Below are positions 50,683 through 62,891 of a stretch of 64,000 bases of DNA, one piece after another (position 1 is the first letter of the stretch; each line of letters begins with the position of its first letter). The stretch is taken from assembly GCF_037042905.1 (NCBI RefSeq), contig NC_087250.1:13084001-13148000 (forward strand). The letters run 5' to 3'. The DNA comes from Lytechinus pictus. Lineage: Eukaryota. The translations under genes were made by a program, and so were the position numbers. The notes below the pieces were generated by a model. It saw only the letters and a program-made list of their open reading frames with translations. It was not told the origin of the DNA and made no database searches.

Positions 50683-52369
50683 ATGGATCAATTGCTAAAG
50701 TTATCCAGAGGACGTTTGAAGTTCTTTGGTTTACTCATTGTAGCAGCGGTGGCTATGCCTGCTTCAGGTGTTGACGTTGGGAAAGGAGCTGTTGAAGTAT
50801 CGCTACCCGCTGTTACCGATGAATTGCCAGAGCCCGAGGGCGTCCTAGATGGAGATTGCATGAACATCTCTTTGAAGAACAGCGATTGGAGCTGGAATGG
50901 CGTCGATGGACAACAGGCAGAAGGAGAAACGGCACTGCTGCTCAGGAGACTGATCAAAAGACTAAACAATGCGACTCAACGAATCCACGATGACAATCCC
51001 AATCTGAATTCGACACAGTTCATAAATGTTGTAGCCAGTCGCTCTTCCCTGTTGTTGTTGAAGATCAAATCGTTCGCCCGTGTCTTTGGCCAGATAAACT
51101 CCTTCTATGGATACACTTGCCGGAACGGAAAGGATCTCCTGCGACATGCCCTCAACAGAAACATAACCGCAGATGAATCTGAAGATTTCGATGACGAGCT
51201 AGCTGAAGAGATAGATGCTGCTATCCATGAGGTTATGGGTGATGATAATGGGGATGCAGAAGAAGGCGGTGAGGCGGAGGAAGAGGAAAGTGGTGGGGAA
51301 GAAACGGAGCCAGGTCGTGGTCCAGGTCCGAAACCTAACAGCAAATCACTTGGAATGCAGAACAAGACACTTGCCATACGAAAAAGAAACAAAATTGCAG
51401 TCAGGATGTTCATCAAGAAAGCTCTCGTTGCTTTGTTCCTGTCACAACATCGGTTCAAAGGGTCTAGGATGTCTCTGCAAGAAGTTATCCAGCGACTTGG
51501 AGAAGATGGGAGACTCGGAAGCATAGACCAGAGCAAGCCGAGACACGTAGGTGGAAGGAATGAAACCGCGGATAGCACGGAGGTAGCTGGGGATGATGAC
51601 GGCTTGACAGGCATAATGGGTGAAGACTCAGACGAGATTATGGATATCTTCGAATCCGTAGAATGGTTTGATGACGAGGGCGACAACTCCGACGTTGAAG
51701 ATGAGGAAGAGGTCCGCAGGAAATTCACACTTGAAGGATACCTGCTCAAGCTTATGTCTGTGTATGTCAACAAGAGTGCTTCGTGCGCGAGACGGGTCAC
51801 CAGGTTCATCAGGCAGAGAGCCAAGCACCTACCGAATAAGACAGACGATGAAGAGGAATTCACTGATCTCTGGAAAGATTACATGAAATTGGTTCGTCAG
51901 ATGAATGTTTCGCGGCACCAGCAGGCCAGCGATGGTTCACTGCGTAACGGAGGGGAGAACTCTTCGAGCGAAGTTGAAGTGCAAACTGGGAATCCCCTGC
52001 AGGAGGATGGACCTCTTGTCTCCAGGATTCGTAACATCACGCAACGACTCGTTGAAGGTAAATGGAGCGGAAAGGGGGGCATCGAGGGTCGCTTCTATGT
52101 GGTTGTATTGAAAATGGCTCAAGTGATCAATAACTGGGGAAAGGCAGGCTTCTTGACCAATGGAACATACTTCGACGCTAATTGTTCGCCTGGTCGATCG
52201 TCGAGTGAGGGTGCCACGACAACTTGTCGCATATGTCCCACAGATGCCTCCATTGGGAACCTTCGAATGCTTCTCTCTGAGCTAGATGACACCATCGAAG
52301 AAGTCTATGATGATATCAGGGACAGAGTGGATAGACTGACTAAAGGAACACCAAAAGAAAAACTGACAG
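50683..52369 (+). CDS. Large uncharacterised secreted glycoprotein, coding exon 1 (signal peptide plus repeat domain 1)
   Basis: GCCATGG Kozak; signal MDQLLKLSRGRLKFFGLLIVAAVAMPASG; GC-rich ORF until donor ACAG|GTAGGA, after which composition becomes intronic; phase 1. Confidence 0.85.
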
Positions 52370-52926
52370 GTAGGACTAAATCTCATCATTTATCATTCCA
52401 ATGCATCAGTACATTTGCCAATTATCTCTCTCTCAAACTCATTAGGCTATCTACTTTTTGTAAAAAAAACCAAATACATGTAAATATACGCATAACCCTA
52501 CGGGAAGGTAAAACTAAAATCTATAACAACAAAATTATTTTCAACTTTTTTGGTAACTTCATGTTATAAAACATGACCAATATGCGTATTATTGTTTTAA
52601 AATATTGCCTAATAGATGTTTTACTCTAAGGATACAACATATTGTTCATGTACATATATGTAATTAGCTTAATTGGCGCAAATGCTGTGGATCATCATCA
52701 TCATTGTCGACTTTCATATTCATTCCATATTATATGTGGCCCGTTACCCCCAATGCCAACGATAAGTCGCCAAGGAGGTTTATCTGTACATAAACTAGTC
52801 CAAATAGTAACTTGGTGTTTATGAACTAAAATTTCGAAATCATTCTCGTCTCAAAGAGCAATTTTGAAACTGAATAAAATACGATCAACGGGAGTTTCTT
52901 TGACACCTCATTTTCCAGAGTTCCTG

Positions 52927-53099
52927 GTAGGTGTTTCATAAAACTGTTCGTAAGTATAAAGAGCGACTTCAAGAACGACCGGTGTCCCTTCTTGCGGTAA
53001 GCGGTATATTGAATTAGCGATGGTTTGACGCGTAAGAAAGGATCACCAGTCGTTCTTAAAGTCGCTCTTAACTTACGACCTGCTTTATGAAACGGCCGC
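52927..53099. mobile_element. Harbinger-like MITE
   Basis: GTTTCATAAAACTGTTCGTAAG / CTTACGACCTGCTTTATGAAAC; TSD CTG. Confidence 0.7.
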
Positions 53100-54534
53100 C
53101 TGGATTAGCACAGAGATTGTACAATATGCACGAATCATGCTCAAGTGAACCTCAGACTTCAAACCTTGTTATTTCCATATTCCCTTAAAGCTCTCACTCA
53201 ATAATTATATTCAACGTTTAGTCAAGAATCATAGTTGGTTATTGTTGATCGAGTTAGAAAATTTACATATCCTGGTAAAACTTAGGATGTGATTCATCAA
53301 ACTCAATAACAATTACAAAATACATTTTGGGCAACTTTGACCTACTGTTGGTTTATGGGGGTGCATGTCACATATGGTTTAATTTGTTTCAACCGCATAA
53401 CACGTTTTATATTGTTCGATCAATTTCTACTTCCGATTCTATTCTCGCATTATTCAATTTGTATATTTCATTATCATCACACATCCATATCACAAGTCTG
53501 CAAAACCATTTTGATTTTTTCATTCATTTTTTTTTTATTTTACCGAATATTTTAACCATCGCTTCATTCTTTAGTATTTTTGTTTTGTTTTGGGGGATGA
53601 TTTCAACCATGATTTTTCTTTTACTTAAAGCTTCACGTTCCATTATCTGCACGATGAAAAAATATTATGTCATGCTTACATGCAAAATGCGCATTCTTGA
53701 ATATTGGCATATTTCATGGAGTAGTTAGTTCTCACCCCATATTAGCTCACATTTTCAACTTAATGTTCTTAAAAGGGGGATTCAAACCAAATCAGCATTT
53801 AAAATTATATCTAAAGAAAACGACATTTGTTACCACTTCTAAGCCCTGTGACGCTTGTGCATTGCTGCCAAGATAATAGTGCATTGCTGCCCTGATGATA
53901 AATAGAAAGGAAAAGGAAATTTTATGAGACAAAAATGCTAGCAGACAATCATGAAGTTACCTTTACCCAAATTTATTGAGGCACGTAAGAGGCTAACAAA
54001 TCGGTGATTTGTTTGAATAAGAGTGGTTTTGAACTGGCCGAAATGTAAGTAATTATATATAAACATCGACACTTCCACTTTGCACGTGGGGGCAATCAGA
54101 CAAACACATGCGCGATCCGTGTGACATTTTTACGCGGGAAGCTCCCCCGCTTATTATGGGTGCTTGAGAGATCGTGACCGTCTCTATGTAAAAATCAAAT
54201 TTCAATTATTTCACTAAAAAGAGACACCAGATTTTGCGAGTGAAATGTGAAATAACAAAGTCGCATGGCTGTTTATATAAAACTTGTATAAATGGAATAT
54301 TTTTTATTGACAAGTAATGTTTTATGACACTTGTTCCACATCTACCACTAATCTCCCTATTTTTTAGATTTGCATGAACACTTTGTTAGTTCTCCTAAGT
54401 TACTTAAAAGGTAAAGCATTTCAAGCCGTCAATTCACACTCTAAATCATAAGTCACAATAAATCAAAAATGTAATTTTTCATCATTGTTATTTCTGTAAT
54501 GTATTTGTGTTTTTGCTATAATGCTCAATTCCAG

Positions 54535-54690
54535 GTCCCGTAACAAAAAAAGTTAGCGATTAATCGGTAATTTGAAAGAACAATTCTGATTGGTTCCCAG
54601 TCAGTCTACTGAGCAGACTGCGAATGCCATGATGATCGTGATAGGCCGTTTCATTTAGCGATTAATCGCTAACCTTTAGGTTACGGGGCC
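54535..54690. mobile_element. Harbinger-like MITE
   Basis: CCCGTAAC...GTTAGCGATTAATCG / CGATTAATCGCTAAC...GTTACGGG. Confidence 0.7.
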
Positions 54691-54874
54691 CTGATCATGA
54701 AACATTTTATCTTCCTTTGGAGCTTTCTTCCAATTTGAATTTGGAACAAGAATCGAACATTTCACCAATTCACCTTGTCGCTTTCATACATTGACATGTT
54801 GAGAGGCAGTATTTTGTTTGGTAGTATCTCCTGTGCTTTATTTGTTTGATCGTTTCGGTATTATTTTGCCTTAA

Positions 54875-55252
54875 AGTGATTGGTTACCATTGGTTTGACT
54901 TTAAAAAAATCTGAGCTAGAAGGTCACACTTGTCACCTGTGTCTGTGATATGTTACAAAAATGAAGCCCAGAAAAAATTGCGTTCGAAAATAATTATTTA
55001 GTGCTTCAAAAATTGAAATATAAAGTGACCGAAAACACCATCTTAATTTCATCCCATACACTTATGTGTACTATTTAGGCGTCTATAAGACGCCTATTTA
55101 CAAAATCGGGGTTTGCCTTGTAGTTTTAGCTTTTCATTCTCAATAATGCTTGTTTTCAGGGTTTATTAGTTCTAATACATGCACTTGTACACATGTTTCA
55201 TCTTGGTTTGAGAATTTTTTAAATCGGCTGCTCACAAAGTTAAACAATACCT
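54875..55252 (-). mobile_element. TTAA-flanked MITE, inverted near-identical copy of 36936-37317
   Basis: Reverse-complement match along the whole length; TTAA flanks. Confidence 0.85.
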
Positions 55253-56443
55253 TTAAGGGGATACTGGTTGCCAGAAATTTTCATCATAACGTAATGACAA
55301 ACGAAATTGACAAATTACCTGCCACTCTAAAGCTTAGAATGCTTTCTTTTATCTAGTTCAACATAGATGACACTGTTTTATCATGCATGAGAGAGCAAGA
55401 TACATTGAATAAAAAGCATAAGAAAGATACCATTTGGATCGTATCTGAATAAAAAAGAAAAAATGTTCTTGTCTAAAAAGTCAACAATTATCTGTTCTTG
55501 AATTTATTACTCCATTAATCGAAATTACGAAAGATTAGCAAACTTTTCTTCAATTTAAAAGATAATTCTTGCATTATCCTAATAAAGCGAAACTTTCGGG
55601 GTTTTTTTCAATAAATATTCCTTCATTACTGGTGTAGATCCGTGACGTCATCCTATTCAAGTGGGGGTGATGAAAATTTAGATAATTCCCCTTGAACAAT
55701 AGATTCACAACACAAATCGACACCCATGTCCTTGATCATGTTAATATTCAAGAACATAGATTATAGAATGCCCTTTATGTCAAAGAACAGATAAGAAGTC
55801 TTTGTCGAAAATTGGTTATTCAAAACAGTAGTTTCATCCTGATCTCTGTACCTGCGTCATCAGCTCCGAAATTAGTGTCGAAACTGCTGTTCCGGTTCAC
55901 CGTTTTCCACCAAGACCTCCATGATGTGTTTTTTGTAATATTGACATATTGACCGGCATTTCAGGACATTTTACTATGTTTTTAACAGTGCACTTGCGAA
56001 AAATTCCAAATGAATTTTTGGAGGAACGGCTGGAATTTCCCGACCATGGATGTTACCAAAAGTATCTCGTCGACAATTTTAAGTCGTGGTATTACTAGCA
56101 TATCCTCCAGAAAAGGACAGATGAAAGAGGCCATAGACCTTCAAATGATCTTGCTCGTTCACTGAATCACGTCTATTTTCACATTCTGTTGAAATGCAGA
56201 CAACGCCCATATGCATGCAACGTCAAAGTCGCAAAGCAAACTCCCTTGGAGGCTATACGAATACGCGCAAATGGAGAAGCGCCGGCTGGAGATTAACGTA
56301 CTTTAGCAAAGGCGCTGACGTCTATGGTGGCGGTCTGATCGGATGCCGTCGATGCACAAGGTCTACATGCAGGTTTCCCAAATTTGTAAAACTGCAATAA
56401 AAACAGAAATTATAGGTTCGATTCGGAAGTAACAATCTGTTAA

Positions 56444-57028
56444 AGGAGAATGAAACCCTTGAAACTAGCTGAATCAATATCAAAGAGAAAAATCAAAGAA
56501 ACATATTGTTGAAAGTTTGAGGAAGATTGAATGAATAATAAGAAAGTTATGAGCATTTGAATATTGAGATCACTAGTGCCATGTAGATCCTCCCATCGAC
56601 AATGCGACCAAGATCTGTGATATCACACACGTACAACTCCCTCATTACTTTAGTACTTATTTCACTTATATTCTCATTTTTTATAGAGTCTATCACAAGG
56701 TTAGGTGTTTTCTTTATGAGATGACAAGTACAGAGGTTTCACAACATTATATCATTGATGAATCGTTTGTCATATGATTAGAATGAGCAAAAAGAGATGT
56801 TTGGGGGTATATTTTCAGTGTCCGAATGGGAGAAGTTGTACGTGTGTGACATCACAGATCTTGGTCGCATTGCCAATGGGAGGATCTCCATAGCATTAGT
56901 GATCTCGACATTCAAATGCTCATAACTCTTCTATTGCTAGTCCTATTTTACTCAAAGTTTTGTTGATCTTATTCTTTGATTTTTCTGCTTTCACAAAAGC
57001 TAACTTGCTCCAAGAGTTTCATTCTCCT
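56444..57028. mobile_element. TTAA-flanked long-TIR MITE (Kolobok-like)
   Basis: TTAA|AGGAGAATGAAAC ... GTTTCATTCTCCT|TTAA; ~200-bp inverted arms (ACCAAGATCTGTGAT / ATCACAGATCTTGGT). Confidence 0.8.
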
Positions 57029-57505
57029 TTAAGGTCTTGCCACGTTGTCCCGAATCTTCAAACTGCCTTTGCAAATCACAACTTTGCCTGATCAGAATTC
57101 TGCATCATTATTCTATAAAAGCTTCTTCAATGCAGTCACTATTTATGCAGCCCTCGCATACACTTTCAGTTCATTCCACTTAGTCCTGTTTCATGTTAAG
57201 GAAGTACGGAGGGTACGTATTGTTTTACATAAGTTTTTTATTAATAGTATGTCGTAAGATTTGGTGTTAATTTAATTAGAACACGATGTATAACTTTTAC
57301 GACATCGTATCACGGATAAAAAATGAGGTATCTGTTGGCATATTTTCATGGCTCACTTGAGACCGCTGTTCAACAGTGGCATCAAGCATAATCGAATTGC
57401 CAGTGGAAGAGGAAGACCTTTTTAGAGTATTCTTGATCTCAACATTCATGTACTTATTGTTTACAGATTTTACACAATTTTTCGTTGGTCTTATTTGAGT
57501 ATTAT

Positions 57506-57782
57506 GGAGCGTTGTGGCCCAGTGGATTAGTCTTCGGACTTTGAAACAGAGGGTCGTGGGTTCGAATCCCAGCCATGGCGTAATTTCCTTCAGCAAGAAA
57601 CTGATCCACAATGTGCTGCACTCAACCCAGGTGGGGTAAATGGGTACCGGTAGGAAGTAATTCCTTAAAAAGCTGTGTGCGCTATGAACGCCTAGCTTAG
57701 CCGGGTAATATAGGAGCGCCTTGAGCACCTAACAAGGTGGATATGTGCGCAATATAAATACCCTATTATTATTATTATTATT
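57506..57782 (+). mobile_element. tRNA-derived SINE (tail type B)
   Basis: A-box TGGCCCAGTGG, B-box GGTTCGAATCC, same body as 20245; tail GAGCGCCTTGAGCAC...GTGCGCAATATAAAT + (TTA)n. Confidence 0.88.
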
Positions 57783-58361
57783 CATTTATTTTCTTGTTGT
57801 TTTGCTTTCAAACAAGCTTACTTGTTTAAGGGTTTCCTCCTTCTTAAATCAAATATTTTGACAGAGTATGCAATGCCTTGTTCATCACGAAGCCCTCTGT
57901 GGCATTTCCTTAAATCGTTAAGTTGATAAGAGTGGTGATGATCTTTCGAATGTCACTCTATCATTTTCTTGTTTTTTTGTACTACACATTCATTTCGATC
58001 ATTTCAATAACATTTTTTCTGACCCAGCATTTTCGTAAAATTGGTATTTTTCATTAAATCTTCGACGCACGTTTTACTATCTATTTGCGTTTTCATAAAC
58101 ACTTCAAATTTGCATTACTTTTACCTACGCTGCTACGCATTATTCGACTATTCTAACTTAAACAATTCTCACTTTACTTTTTATCTGGAAATTAGCACGC
58201 GTACCTTTTCCTTCGTTAACACAACACTTGTTTACGCTCGCATCTAATCAATCTTTTTCAGTTTCATTGCATAGAATATTAACATAAAAATGTGTTTTTA
58301 GTCCCGAATTGTCACATTGTTCAGCGGTCAGATACATTGGAATATTCCTAATTTTTAACAG

Positions 58362-60583
58362 GGATGTTCACAAAACCACGGCGACTTCTCAATACGCACG
58401 GCGCCGACTGCTTCGCCCTAACCTTCGCAACAAAAGACTGGCGTCTGTTTCAGTATGAGAGCCTCAGTGGAAAAACGAAGGATGGTGGAGACGAAGGTAA
58501 TAGTGATGAGGGCGAAACTGATTTGGAAGAGGATGATGACGAGGAAAACATTGGTGATGTCGCAGACGAAAACGATCAGGGAGAGGCAAATGCGACGGCA
58601 AATGTAGAAAGCGAAGTGGACCAGAAAGGGACAGATAGAAAAGATGGTCACCAGGCCCGTAGGTCACCTTTTCCACGTGCAAGGAATATTCTTAACAGCC
58701 AAAGTAGACAGATTCGGATGATCACTAGGGATATTACTATTGGAAGGATTGTGCGGCTTATTGTGAGGCAATCTGCAGTTCGCATGCTAAAGGTTCTGAC
58801 CTTTGAAAGAGTTTTTAAAATGATTCACAGATCAAACAGTTTTATTTGTACGAATGCAGAGCCTCTCATGAGGGAAGCACTAGGGCCTAACGCAACATAT
58901 CTAGAATTGTCAAACATGTCGGCAGTTCTAAAGGCTATCAATCGAACGATAGCCGAAGTTCGTAAGGAAAGTACCCCAATTTCGAGCTCCAGTTATAGCA
59001 AATCTGGATCCGTGTCATGGTTAACCGACACTGGTCGGTATCAAGACCGTGATCGGGAAGGGTCAGAACCATCAGGTTCACTAGAAGATCCCAGGCCAGA
59101 GTCAAGAGAAGGGTCTCCTTCATCGGGTTCACGAGAACGCATCGGACCAGAGTCAAGAGAAGGGTCACGCCAAAGTTATGAGAGTGGATCGAGCGATGAC
59201 GGCTACAAAGCAAAGAATCCAATGAAGACACTAGAGGTGGAGGAAAGACAAAGTCTTTTGCAACGATTCAGGCAAGCAGCAATAATTGGATTATTCTCTG
59301 CGCCTCGGAGAATAAATAACCAAAGACTGTCTCTTTCCGAGTATGTAGCGATGTTGGCTTCTTTTTGTCAACATCAGAGACGTGGACCAAACTCAGTGTT
59401 CCGTGACTTAGACAAATGGTTACAAGAATATAGGGAGAATGTGAATGCACGTAACTATACCATTAACAAACACAACAAATCACTTACATTCTTAAAGCCA
59501 GGAGTACGTCCTCGAATTATCACATCAAGGCGAGAAAGGTATCGTCATGGCCAAAGAATGGAGATTATTACTTCATCCTCTTTCAAGTTTTGTTTGCCTG
59601 ACGATATTCATGGCTACTGCGGTAACAGGGAGGAACGCTACGGTAAGGTGATTGATAGATTTATAGGAATGTCTAGCAGTGCCAACACATCAGTTGTAAA
59701 GGAAGTAGACAGAGATAAACACGAGAAGGCTAAGGCAGATGAGACGAAGATGGAACATTTTACCATTGAAGAATTTCTTTTAGAGCTGATGATATCCATG
59801 TCCACGAAGACTTCTTCCTGTGCGAGTAGAATTAATCGTGCCTTGCGATTACATGGAAAGCCTGTGTTTGGTGTTCCCAGAATGAAAAAATACAATGGTA
59901 CAAGAGCTAATCCGGAACCTCGTAGTGCAAAGGGCATTGCTGTAACGCGGACGCCCGGGAAGAAATCGGACACACCTGGATCTGAACATTTTGTCTACAA
60001 ACATAACAAGAGTTCGAAGATGTATAAGGAGTACTTGGAGAGCATGAAATCTTGCCGAGGATCCGACTTTATCGAACGTCGGCTGGAAGGCCACACATGG
60101 GGTGAAACCTACCAAATAAGCTTGTTCTACTTCAAGGTCTTAATGAAAATTTCAGAGATGATAGACATATGGGGACGTTCCATGCGGGAAGGAGGAGAAA
60201 CCTTATACAATACATCATGCCAACAAAACGAAGACGGCGACGTGTTAACAACATGTAAGGTATGTGTTAGAGAGTCCGCAGTCGGTACTTTCGAAGATCT
60301 TGTTGGCACTATCGACGACATCCTTAGATCAACCAAGGAGACTTTAGCAACGGGTGTCAACGACTGGAAACAGCTCGGGGTATCTAAAAATAATGGAACC
60401 TTTTGGCAAAATGGTGATAAAGAAAGAAAGGGTCAAAAGGGTGACGATGACGAAAGGAAAGGAGCTGAAGGGAAAGGGACAAGCGAAGAAACTGATGGAA
60501 TGCCAGGCAGAAGACCTGATGGCAACCCCGGAAGAAACCCAGGAGGAAGATCAGATCACAGAACAGGTAAATACTATTCATAA
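58362..60583 (+). CDS. Large uncharacterised secreted glycoprotein, coding exon 2 (repeat domain 2); ends at stop 60583 or splices at donor 60566
   Basis: Acceptor TTTTAACAG|GG is phase 1 and joins exon 1 in frame (G+GG = Gly, then MFTKP...); colinear homology to exon 1; candidate phase-1 donor ACAG|GTAAAT at 60566/60567. Confidence 0.85.
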
Positions 60584-61031
60584 ACAAACAAACAAAACAT
60601 CAACCACAAGAGGATATTGATAAAAGATAGCGATGAATAAAAAAAGTGATATATATATATCAAGGGACAGGTCTCGCGTATATCAAAAGAAACACTCCAT
60701 TTCCCTTTATAATGGAAGGGATGGAGCTGAAATTATCAGTTTTCCTTAACGATTCATAAATCGTCACTTTAGCATATTCTAATTTAAAACATGGAAAATG
60801 GACGAATGGTCCCAAGTTAGAGATAAGTTATCAAAGTCCAGACGAAGGGTGCCTTATTGTATCACAGATCAGCGCAAAGTCAACGTAAAAAAAGTTTACA
60901 AGAGGATTTATTTGTTGTCGTAATTAAAATGCCGAAATCCGAATCAAAGGGATAAATAAAAGTTGTACTCACCTTACATGTACGTAGAGGAGTAGCATCC
61001 ATTAATTGTGACATAATTAGTCGTTCCATAA

Positions 61032-61480
61032 TTTTTGTCTCGCCTACATAGCGAGACTATAGGCGCCGCTTTTCCGACGGCGGCGGCGGTGTCAACAGTA
61101 AATCTTAACCGAAGGTTAAGTTTTTGAAATTACATCATAACTTAGCATGTAATTTATATAGACCTAGTTCATGAAACTTAGGCTTGGCGGTTAATAAGTA
61201 TTACTGAATATCCTGGCAAATTTTCACGTTACGTGCCTAAGGTCAAAGGTCATTTAGATTTAATGAACTTAGACCATGTTGGGGTAATCAACATCGAAAT
61301 CTTAACCTAAGGTCACGTTTTTGAAATGTCGTCTTAACTTAAAAAGCAAATAGACCTAGTTCATGAAACTTGAAAGAAAGGGTATTAAAGTACTACTGAA
61401 AATCCTGTACGATTTTTTAGGTTATACGACTAACGTCAAAGGTCATATAGGGTCATTGAACTTTGGCCGTGTTTAGCAAA
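61032..61480 (+). mobile_element. Non-autonomous element with 5' hairpin, (GGC)n and ~200-bp tandem core repeats (Helentron-associated HINE / Tsp-like)
   Basis: TTTTTGTCTCGC..GCGAGAC hairpin, CGGCGGCGGCGG, two copies of GACCTAGTTCATGAAACTT...GTCAAAGGTCAT. Confidence 0.55.
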
Positions 61481-61970
61481 TTTCGATGGCACGGGTTTTA
61501 ACATGCACAAAAGGAATATAAGATGATATTAGTTTAAACAAAATAGGGATGGACGGACGTGGGGCGGGCGGGCATTGGAAAAAAAAAAGAAGTTCACAAA
61601 GAAGATAAAAAGAGGAGGAAGGATAAAAAAAAATTTACCTGCTGTTTTGAAAACAAAATTATGTCAAAATCTACACAAAAGTAGATTTTCAATTTTTTGT
61701 TTCATCGAGATACTGATGAACAAAAAGAATCACTACAATTTTATAAGGGTTACCTTAAAATATCACAATTTAATTTTCTGCCAAGATCGGTGCTTATGTA
61801 CCATAAATTTAGGCACATTTTGTGGGGAGATCACAAATACCCAAGGAGACAGCATATGCAGGACTTTCATGTGGTTTTACATGAAATTTCATAGATTCTA
61901 GGGTGACACGACATGTGCTTCAGACCTGCAACATTTGCTCCGGTCTTGATTAGAGTTAGGATTGTAATAG

Positions 61971-62168
61971 GGCAATTCCATAAAATATGTACGTCCGATC
62001 CCTTTATATGTGGGACCTTCATGAATTTTCTGTATCCGATTTGTTGTCCTTATAGCAGTTCGTAATGTTCTCAAAGGACCATGACTTTGTCAGTTTATGC
62101 AGTGAAGTAAGACTTGAGAAAAATGGGGGTCGGACGTACGAAAAGGTTGATTATTTCATGGAATTGCC
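61971..62168. mobile_element. MITE with 6-bp TSD nested in another repeat
   Basis: TIRs GGCAATTCCAT / ATGGAATTGCC; TSD TAATAG (61965-61970, 62169-62174); host resembles 40443-40620. Confidence 0.75.
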
Positions 62169-62525
62169 TAATAGAGTTTTTGGTCCAGAATAGTGCAAAG
62201 ATAAGGATTATGGTTTATTAGCTTTGCTGGTTAAGTTTCAATGTCCATCGGAGCAATTGTCATGGAACTGATTCTACAACACAGAAACATCGGGCCCGTT
62301 GCAGAGAAAAAATGTGATCAATCGCAACTCAAAGCATCAGTCCCAACTTGTATTTCAACCAATGAAACATTCGTAATAAGGAAATAAATTTCATTTATTC
62401 ATCTATCGGACATCCCGTATACCAGGGACCCCGGAATAATTTTTCTTAAGTTTTAATACAGATGGGGGTGCTGGATTGTTAAAAGCAAAAAACACAAACA
62501 AACAACAACACCCCCCCCCCCCAAA

Positions 62526-62557
<32 letters not shown>

Positions 62558-62891
62558 TAAAGATATTCGGCTCAAATCTATACCTGTTTAGCATTCCACT
62601 CTAATTTTCAGGGGTTCTTCAGATTACGGTCTACAACATACACATTACCCGCATATAAAAAGTATTCGGATGTTCCTCGGCAACTCAAGACCTCCTCTTC
62701 CAAGTGCCGTGTGTTATAACTGCAAAATATTCTGAGAAATCCAATTTGATGTACAGGATAATAATTTAAAATTATATTTTCTCTTGTTCGCATTATCTGA
62801 TTTTTAAGTGTACATGGTTCTAACAGCGTCTACCTACCTTGACAGTAAAGAGCATTATGGCATCTTCCTTGTGAACGATCGGGAACATTAA

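Noticed and set aside
52370..52569. C-terminal 66 aa of the 628-aa ORF
   Set aside because: Read-through into an intron after the donor at 52369; composition switches to AT-rich.
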